A stretch of 32,000 nt of DNA from assembly GCF_003231495.1 (NCBI RefSeq), contig NZ_PQWO01000007.1, positions 210,001-242,000 on the forward strand, written 5' to 3'. This document shows positions 26,157 to 32,000 of the stretch, piece by piece. The notes beneath the pieces are model-generated. The model was not told where the DNA came from. It did no database searches and saw nothing but the letters and a program-made list of their open reading frames with translations. Source of the DNA: Acaryochloris thomasi RCC1774. GTDB lineage: Bacteria; Cyanobacteriota; Cyanobacteriia; Thermosynechococcales; Thermosynechococcaceae. Made by a program: the position numbers and the translations under genes. Positions within the stretch are counted from its first letter, which is position 1. Every line of letters begins with the position of its first letter.

Positions 26157-28300
26157 GAGTCTTCTCCTAAGTGGGATTGAAGGATTTTTGTGCGTGGATT
26201 GGCGCGGAAGATCTGTCGATGGTTGCGATCTCGCAAAATATAGTCCCGCAGCCAGCTACTCAGCAGGGCGAAGCGATTGCCGATGCCGGGTAAGTAGTAG
26301 AGGTGAATGACGAGCCAAGTTAACCATCCCAGCGGTCCGGTCACCTTGATTTTGCTGAGCAAATAAGCCACACCCGCATGACGGGCAATAATCGCGGCGC
26401 GTCCTTTATCGAAGTATGAAAAGGGCTGAGGGTCGCATCCCTGCATCTGCCGCTGGATATTTTTAGCCACTGCGCCCCCCTGCTGGAGTGCTTCGGGGGC
26501 CACGCCGATCAGAACTTCATCCCCCTGTTCAACGTGGGCAACATCTCCAGCCATATACACCGTTGGATAGTGAGCAAGCTGCAGGGTTGGCTCCACGACA
26601 ACTTTTTGCTGACGAGCGGTGCCAATTACGCCATCCCAGTCTTCAGGGTGCGACAGGCTGGGTTTATCTGCCAAAACCCCTGCAGTCCAAATGACTGTGG
26701 CAGCCGCAATGTGTCTGTTATCGGAGAGAGCTGTACCTTGGGGCGAGACCGCCGTTACTTTTGTGGATAAACGAACCTCTATCCCACGTCGCTGAAGCTG
26801 TCGGAGGGTGTAGCGCCCCAGTGATCTGGGCAATCCGGGTAATAGAGTCTCGCCAGACTGAATTAAGAGAATTCGTGCTTTTGACAAATCAAGGTTGGGA
26901 TAGTCTCGACGAAAGGGCCCCGCCAATAGCTCTTTAAGTGCGCCTGCTAACTCGATTCCAGTGGGACCACCTCCGACGATCACAAACGTTAGGTACTGAG
27001 ATTCATTTGTTTGGTCAGCCTGTTCCAAACTCCAGAGAATTTGGTGACGAAGTGCGATCGCATCCTCCAGGGTCCGCAAGGCAAACGTATGCTCCGGTGC
27101 TCCGGGCACTCCCAGAAAACGTGTTTGGCTCCCCGTTGCCAAAATTAGATAGTCATACTCCAGATCGCCAGTATCGGTGATCACCTGCTGCCTGTCTAAA
27201 TCGAGCTGCTTTACCGCCCCGAGCCAAAAGCGACTATGAGGAATGCGCCGGATCCAGTTGCGAATCGGATAGGCAATCACGCTGGGCGCAATGAAGCCGG
27301 TGGCAACCTGATAGAGCAGCGGAATGAAGGTGTGGTAGTTGTTGCGATCTATGATTACAATCTCAGCTCCGGTTTGAGAGAGCTTTTGGGCCGCTCGGAT
27401 GCCTGCAAACCCTGCACCGATAATCACGATTCGCTGATGATTCTTGGGTGTTGAATGAGTCTGTGAGCCGATCAAGATACTGCCCAGCACAACCCCAGCC
27501 CCGATCAGTTGAATTGCGGTGAACGTCTCTTGTAAAAAGAAATATCCAATCAGAGAGGCCACTAAGGGGCTGAGCAGTCCCAGATAGGAGGCCGCAGTGG
27601 GATTCAACTTTGCGATTCCTCGGAACCAAAGTGCGTAGGCTAACCCTGTGCCCACTAGACCCAAATAGGCAAATCCCCATAGATTAGCGCGGGTGATCTG
27701 CTCAAACGGTCCCTCTGTGACCAAGGCCACCGGCAATAGCATCAGTCCCCCCACCGTTAGCTGCCATGCCGTGAACACAATCAGAGAAACAGGAGGCTTC
27801 CAGCGCTTCACCAGTACGGTCCCTAGCCCCATAGCGCCCGCACTGGCCAGGGCTGCAATGATGCCTATGCTATCTAGACGTGCGCTGGGGCCAAGCACTA
27901 ACAGACCCACACCGATAAAGCCCGCTACTGCTGCAAGAATAGAACGCCTAGAGGGCTGCTCACTCAGAATCATCCAGGCAAATAGCCCGACCAATAAAGG
28001 CTGAATCGCTCCGGCTGTGGCGGCAACGCCCCCTGGAAGGCGATAGGCTGCAATGAACAACAATGCCTGAAAAACGCCAATATTGAGACCCCCTAAAACC
28101 AGCATCCGCCACCACCAGATGCCTTGGGGAAGCTTCCGCAGCCCTATGATTAGCAGCAGTCCTATGGGAAGCGATCGCATCGCGGCCACCAACAACGGAT
28201 GACCTAATGGCAAAAACTCAGTCGCCACCACATAGGTTGTCCCCCATGAGATAGGAGCCAGTGCCGTGAGCAGAATGTTGAAGAGGCGAGTTGCTTTCAC
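26153..28300 (-). CDS. fusion protein: EamA/DMT 10-TM transporter domain + type II NADH dehydrogenase (NDH-2) domain
   Basis: A single 715-aa frame with a GTG start. Residues 1-280 are a DMT/EamA-like duplicated 5-TM unit. Residues about 288-715 are NDH-2: 'RIVIIGAGFAGIRAA' (first GxGxxG), 'FVIVGGGPTGIELAGAL' (second) and 'MAGDVA', with a C-terminal amphipathic tail. There is no Met or plausible start near the junction (nt about 27431-27463). Confidence 0.85.
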   Translation of the reverse strand: MKATRLFNILLTALAPISWGTTYVVATEFLPLGHPLLVAAMRSLPIGLLLIIGLRKLPQGIWWWRMLVLGGLNIGVFQALLFIAAYRLPGGVAATAGAIQPLLVGLFAWMILSEQPSRRSILAAVAGFIGVGLLVLGPSARLDSIGIIAALASAGAMGLGTVLVKRWKPPVSLIVFTAWQLTVGGLMLLPVALVTEGPFEQITRANLWGFAYLGLVGTGLAYALWFRGIAKLNPTAASYLGLLSPLVASLIGYFFLQETFTAIQLIGAGVVLGSILIGSQTHSTPKNHQRIVIIGAGFAGIRAAQKLSQTGAEIVIIDRNNYHTFIPLLYQVATGFIAPSVIAYPIRNWIRRIPHSRFWLGAVKQLDLDRQQVITDTGDLEYDYLILATGSQTRFLGVPGAPEHTFALRTLEDAIALRHQILWSLEQADQTNESQYLTFVIVGGGPTGIELAGALKELLAGPFRRDYPNLDLSKARILLIQSGETLLPGLPRSLGRYTLRQLQRRGIEVRLSTKVTAVSPQGTALSDNRHIAAATVIWTAGVLADKPSLSHPEDWDGVIGTARQQKVVVEPTLQLAHYPTVYMAGDVAHVEQGDEVLIGVAPEALQQGGAVAKNIQRQMQGCDPQPFSYFDKGRAAIIARHAGVAYLLSKIKVTGPLGWLTWLVIHLYYLPGIGNRFALLSSWLRDYILRDRNHRQIFRANPRTKILQSHLGEDS

Positions 28301-29101
28301 AGATTGACTTCAACCTTAAATTGATTTGCCTGGATTGCGGTGGGTGCCCTATTCACGTTAGCGATCGCGTGCTTTATCTGCACACCCTACAGACTTCAGA
28401 TAGTTGGGTCTTGCACAAAATTGCGGTCTTTTGTCGATTCGTTGTCACGCTTTCGCATGGCCTGTTTACATATTGGTTGGATCAGAGAAGTCCGCTGATG
28501 CCCCTATCGGCTGCTATTGATGAAAGGGGCGACGCAAAAGTGACGGCTGGCCCTTGAGGGATAATTCTGCTGGGGTTCAGTTCGGGTAGACCCGCATAGT
28601 AAATCCGCTTCACATGATCGGTACTACAAACCTCATTGACCCACGGATGTTAATAAGGCGACCGACAGTAATTCCACTGTCCTCAGGGACAGCCAAGGAA
28701 TGACTTAGCCATTGGAGAACCAGGCATTCGCACCGAATCTCATCGCGACAACCATCGCCAAACCATCGGCACTATCAAGTTTTATTGCGCTCAGCACAAT
28801 TAAAGGCATATGATATGAGTTCTAACTTAGAGCCTGTAAAAGCAGGCTGCGTAGGGGTCGTTAATCTTAACAATTACTCTCAAACAAAGCATGGAACATT
28901 AATGTGAAGTAGTCATTCACTATTTATAGAAACTAAATAAACCCAACATCTTCACAGCACGGTAGGCAAAGGAGTTTAGCTCAGCAGGTAACGTAAAAGA
29001 TATCACCAGCTAGACAACAACAAGGCTTTCATCCGCGAAAGAACATCCTCACTTGCTGAGGGACTCTTTTTTTATTCTCTAGGTATTACTTGTTTATTAA
29101 A

Positions 29102-29117
29102 AGACTTCACGAAGTCT
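29102..29117. promoter_or_regulatory. candidate operator: inverted repeat AGACTTC-AC-GAAGTCT
   Basis: Perfect 7-bp arms with a 2-bp spacer. It lies 80 nt upstream of ATG 29197 in an AT-rich, ORF-free leader. Confidence 0.3.
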
Positions 29118-29196
29118 ACTGAGTTCTTGTACTCTGCTTTATCACAATCAGGACTTGGAACATAGCTCAAGATTTACTTGATTAAGGAAATGTCGA

Positions 29197-30312
29197 ATGC
29201 TCACAGACCTAGGACAGCTAATCTATACTAGTTTTCCTGGCGCGGGCTTAAAAAGAGTCTGTAGCAACCAGATACCGCTAGACATTCAAGACGCCTTTCT
29301 ACATCAAGTTGTTTATAAAAACTGGAACTCCTATAATCCTCCAAGTTCTGGAGAGCAGGCAGTTTATCTTTATCAGCCAAACTTAGAGAGCTGCATCTTT
29401 GGCTGGCTTTATAGTGACAGTATTGATGAGCACAATCGCCACATTCCATATTTCCTAGGATATTATCTAGAAAATACCTTGAATACCAGCTATTTACAGC
29501 AAGTCCTAACCTGTATACAAAAAGGACCCATTGGTTTTTGGAACTACAGCAGCGCCCCCGACCAATATCCAAATCTAGTCAGCATTGAAGACGTTAACAC
29601 TTACGATGCAGCTCGAGAAGGGTTACATCTTTCATCTGATTTTTGCGATACCCTGCATGTAGATCTGGGCATGGAGAAAGAACTCAATTTCTTTAATTTC
29701 TCTAAGCGAGAATCTTCGCAAGCCATCATCTTAATAGATGAGCATTTAGATAGGGAGGTGGACGATGGAGATAGAGATCTCCTAAGAGAGGAAGAATCAA
29801 AAGCAGATGAAAAACCTGCGATAAATACATCAGAACTAATCGAGCTTATTTTACAGAATCTAATTCAGAAACCGCTCGAAATTCAATCAGCTTTTTTGGT
29901 TTCTGCAGAAGGCCAGCTACTTACTCCTGCAATGAATATAGATAAAGATAGTGCTCTAATCATCGCGGGAACTATGATTTATTTAGCGCAGAGTACGAGT
30001 ACAGAGTTACAGTGGGAAAAAATCGAAAAAATTTGCATCCAAGGAACAGAAGGATATATGATTTTGGCTTCCTGTACGCCTGATTGTTTTTTACTCATTC
30101 AAGCTAATAAGGTACTGATGGGGCTACTGGATGGGGAAGTCAACCGTGTCATACAAAAGATTAGGGCTATTTTACTGACTCATCAATCTGACACACATTC
30201 TTCAGAAGATGAGACAAACATAAAGAATCTATCTCAAGTGAGCAGCAACTCCAAATCAACAAAAAGCAAGCCTGTCATGTATCGTGGAAATCCCATCCAA
30301 CGAGAACCTTAA
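29197..30312 (+). CDS. protein with unknown N-terminal domain, acidic linker and C-terminal Roadblock/LC7 (MglB-like) domain
   Basis: AAGGA lies 8 nt before the ATG. Residues about 212-326, 'LEIQSAFLVSAEGQLLTPAMNIDKDSALIIAGTMIYLAQSTSTELQWEKIEKICIQGTEGYMILASCTPDCFLLIQANKVLMGLLDGEV', fit the Roadblock/LC7 pattern. Residues 1-170 belong to no family I recognise. Confidence 0.75.
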   Translation: MLTDLGQLIYTSFPGAGLKRVCSNQIPLDIQDAFLHQVVYKNWNSYNPPSSGEQAVYLYQPNLESCIFGWLYSDSIDEHNRHIPYFLGYYLENTLNTSYLQQVLTCIQKGPIGFWNYSSAPDQYPNLVSIEDVNTYDAAREGLHLSSDFCDTLHVDLGMEKELNFFNFSKRESSQAIILIDEHLDREVDDGDRDLLREEESKADEKPAINTSELIELILQNLIQKPLEIQSAFLVSAEGQLLTPAMNIDKDSALIIAGTMIYLAQSTSTELQWEKIEKICIQGTEGYMILASCTPDCFLLIQANKVLMGLLDGEVNRVIQKIRAILLTHQSDTHSSEDETNIKNLSQVSSNSKSTKSKPVMYRGNPIQREP

Positions 30313-30439
30313 CTTCGCTTACTTTTAAAGTTCTAGGATCACTTCAATATATTTAAAGATAGAAGAAAAAATTTTCCTGTAGCTTTATCTTTCCTATAAA
30401 ACAAACCTATGGCATAACAAATTTAGAGGTAGGTTATAG

Positions 30440-31786
30440 ATGTCTAAAACTGCGATTCAATCTCTTAATTTTCTTAGCATTGGCGATCGGGGTGTTGGCA
30501 AAACAATTTTCTTGCTGGCCAACTACGCTGCACTGCGTCCGAAGTCAGCAGATGCACAGAAACAGGATATATATTTTGATTGCCAAAATGGTAAAGATCG
30601 AAAGAATCTTGAATCGCTGTTAGCGCTAGTCGCTAAAACAGGTCAATATCCACCTCCAACACTTCAAATCACCGACTTTAGATTTGATGTCAAACGCCAC
30701 AGTTGGCAGGGAGCCAAAGTGCTGTGCCAGTTTCACTGGTCAGATGTACCTGGAGAGTCTTGTCAATCCTTTGATGCAGAGTTTCAAGCGGTCTTGCAAA
30801 AATCCCATGGCTGCTGCTTATTTCTGGATGCCTACGAGTTGATTCATAATCCGCAGTACCTCGCTCATTTAGAGATGTTAACCAAGCGAGCTGAAGCGAT
30901 CGCATCTCTAGCCCACCGATATCAACTCCACTACTCTATTGCCCTGGTTTTGACAAAGTGTGATCTTATTGGTGCGGGTCCCTCAGGCCTGCTGAAGCTA
31001 GAAGAAAAGCTGCATCCCTTAATTCGTTCCTTGAAAGCCGTCAACGCCAACTATCGCTGCTTCTACTCAGCCATTCCGATCTCTGCCTTTAAAACGCCTA
31101 CCGTCCTTGAAGCCCACGGGATTGAAGCGCCGCTGTTATGGTTAGTTACAGAAGCCAGAGCCTCTAGTCGACCCCTTCAAACCCTAGATAAAAGTCTAGA
31201 TAGTGTTTTGTCAAATTCGGTAGCCCCCTCCTCCAAGACAACCTCGACGAAGAGCGGCAGTCCTGTTTGGCTTCGTCTCCTAGCGGGGGTTGGTATTTTG
31301 GGAGTGTTAACTGGGCTATTTGTAGGTCTTCGCGCTCTATTGCCTTCCACAGACCCATCACTTTCCTCCAACCCATCGATTCGTAGGCATCAAATTACAC
31401 TGAAGCGTGATCCCGACAATGTGGAGGCCACCAGACAGCTCGCGGCAGAATATACAAAACTAGAACAGTACGGTCAAGCCATCCCCCTGCTCGAGAATCT
31501 CGCTCAAGAACAGCCTGAAAATCTCAACTTGCTAACTGAATTAGGTCGACTTTATTTAGTAACAGGACAGTTACAGAAAGAAGAGAATATCTATGACCAG
31601 ATTTTGCTCCAGGATGAAAGCAATATCTTAGCCCTGACAGGTAAGGCTGAGATTTATCTAAAAAAAGGGGAAATTGAAACGGCAAAGTCGCTGTTCGCAG
31701 AAGCTGAAGAGCGTGCCCCTTCAGAAAAGCTGAAGCAGACAATTCGCAAAATAGCCACAGAAAATCTCCAGGCAGCCGAGAAGTAA
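30440..31786 (+). CDS. Ras-like small GTPase domain fused to a transmembrane helix and C-terminal TPR repeats
   Basis: GAGG lies about 10 nt before the ATG. G1 is 'GDRGVGKT' (30482-30505), G3 is 'DVPGE' (30743-30757), G4 is 'TKCD' (30953-30964) and a G5-like 'YSAI' follows. The TM helix is 'VWLRLLAGVGILGVLTGLFVGLRALL' (about 31265-31339). After it come TPR-like repeats ('ATRQLAAEYTKLEQYGQAIPLLENLAQEQPENLNLLTELGRLYLVTGQ...'). Confidence 0.8.
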   Translation: MSKTAIQSLNFLSIGDRGVGKTIFLLANYAALRPKSADAQKQDIYFDCQNGKDRKNLESLLALVAKTGQYPPPTLQITDFRFDVKRHSWQGAKVLCQFHWSDVPGESCQSFDAEFQAVLQKSHGCCLFLDAYELIHNPQYLAHLEMLTKRAEAIASLAHRYQLHYSIALVLTKCDLIGAGPSGLLKLEEKLHPLIRSLKAVNANYRCFYSAIPISAFKTPTVLEAHGIEAPLLWLVTEARASSRPLQTLDKSLDSVLSNSVAPSSKTTSTKSGSPVWLRLLAGVGILGVLTGLFVGLRALLPSTDPSLSSNPSIRRHQITLKRDPDNVEATRQLAAEYTKLEQYGQAIPLLENLAQEQPENLNLLTELGRLYLVTGQLQKEENIYDQILLQDESNILALTGKAEIYLKKGEIETAKSLFAEAEERAPSEKLKQTIRKIATENLQAAEK

Positions 31787-32000
31787 ATGCATCGATAACG
31801 ACTCAGCTTTTACTGAACCGTCTGTCGTCACTTCACTGAGAAGCAGAGATAATAGACCACTAGCGATGGCTGCCTAACTTCGCAGAGAAGCAGCCAACTC
31901 AGCACTTCTTCAGACGGCGGCTAGCCATCTGTAAAGCTAGCCTCAATAACATCAGAATCATCGTCGCTAGAGGCTGCTGCTGCGTTCGCTACCGCCTGCT

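Noticed and set aside
28291-28557. 88-aa plus-strand ORF diverging from the EamA-NDH-2 gene
   Set aside because: It overlaps the start of that gene and has no SD. The translation is Cys/His/Leu-rich with no motif. It is probably the promoter region of the minus-strand gene.
28971-28990. GGAGTTTAGCTCAGCAGGTA resembling a tRNA 5' acceptor/D-arm, considered as a tRNA remnant or att site for the low-GC island
   Set aside because: The D-stem does not close (ACGT instead of GAGC). No anticodon or T-arm follows. Integration scars normally duplicate tRNA 3' ends, not 5' ends.
29047-29073. CCTCA-cttgc-TGAGG followed by GACTCTTTTTTT, considered as a Rho-independent terminator or the end of a small RNA
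   Set aside because: The stem is only 5 bp, the T-run is offset by 4 nt, and there is no upstream gene or promoter to assign. It is kept only as a weak possibility.
31921-32000. Minus-strand frame ending ...QAVANAAAASSDDDSDVIEASFTDG* (stop at 31921-31923) running off the window edge
   Set aside because: Only 25 codons are visible. This is too short to tell a real gene 3' end from chance.
1-32000. Search by eye for CRISPR arrays, IS elements or transposases, integrases, rRNA, group I/II introns and toxin-antitoxin pairs
   Set aside because: I saw no regularly spaced direct repeats. None of the translated ORFs has DDE transposase, tyrosine or serine recombinase, or reverse-transcriptase motifs. 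The only structured RNA gene I could fold is tRNA-Pro.

Overview
This window looks like a cyanobacterial chromosome segment. I count 18 copies of the HIP1 octamer GCGATCGC, against about 0.5 expected for a random 8-mer in 32 kb. I call 22 protein genes, 2 pseudogene-like remnants and one tRNA-Pro(UGG). I found no rRNA, CRISPR array, transposase or integrase.

Left to right, the genes are:
- DegT-type aminotransferase (-)
- pyruvate kinase, overlapping a D-lactate dehydrogenase (+)
- tRNA-Pro (-)
- single-domain globin, a small hypothetical and a DUF1361-like membrane protein (-)
- SAM methyltransferase (+)
- B12-binding radical SAM enzyme (-)
- J-domain/pentapeptide-repeat protein plus a hypothetical (+)
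- a mosaic gene remnant
- a spot-counted low-GC, HIP1-free block holding a HisKA_2 histidine kinase and a REC-PAS-GGDEF-EAL protein (+)
- recQ (+)
- membrane protein with degenerate GGDEF and intact EAL (+)
- membrane protein with two L7/L12-C-like repeats (-)
- RND efflux adaptor and pump (+)
- dps, a frameshifted DUF2945-like gene and an EamA::NDH-2 fusion (-)
- a second low-GC block with a Roadblock/LC7-domain protein followed by a Ras-like GTPase fused to a TM helix and TPR repeats (+)

The best candidate for an undescribed system is that last MglB/MglA-like pair (29197-31786), which has atypical architecture. Other points worth a second look:
- the kinase's ETR1-like ethylene-binding-type membrane domain lacks the Cu-ligand Cys
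- the EamA-NDH-2 fusion
- a recQ-fragment::paralog-fragment chimera sits at the edge of the first low-GC block

All domain calls come from reading the translations and from remembered family motifs. No searches were run.
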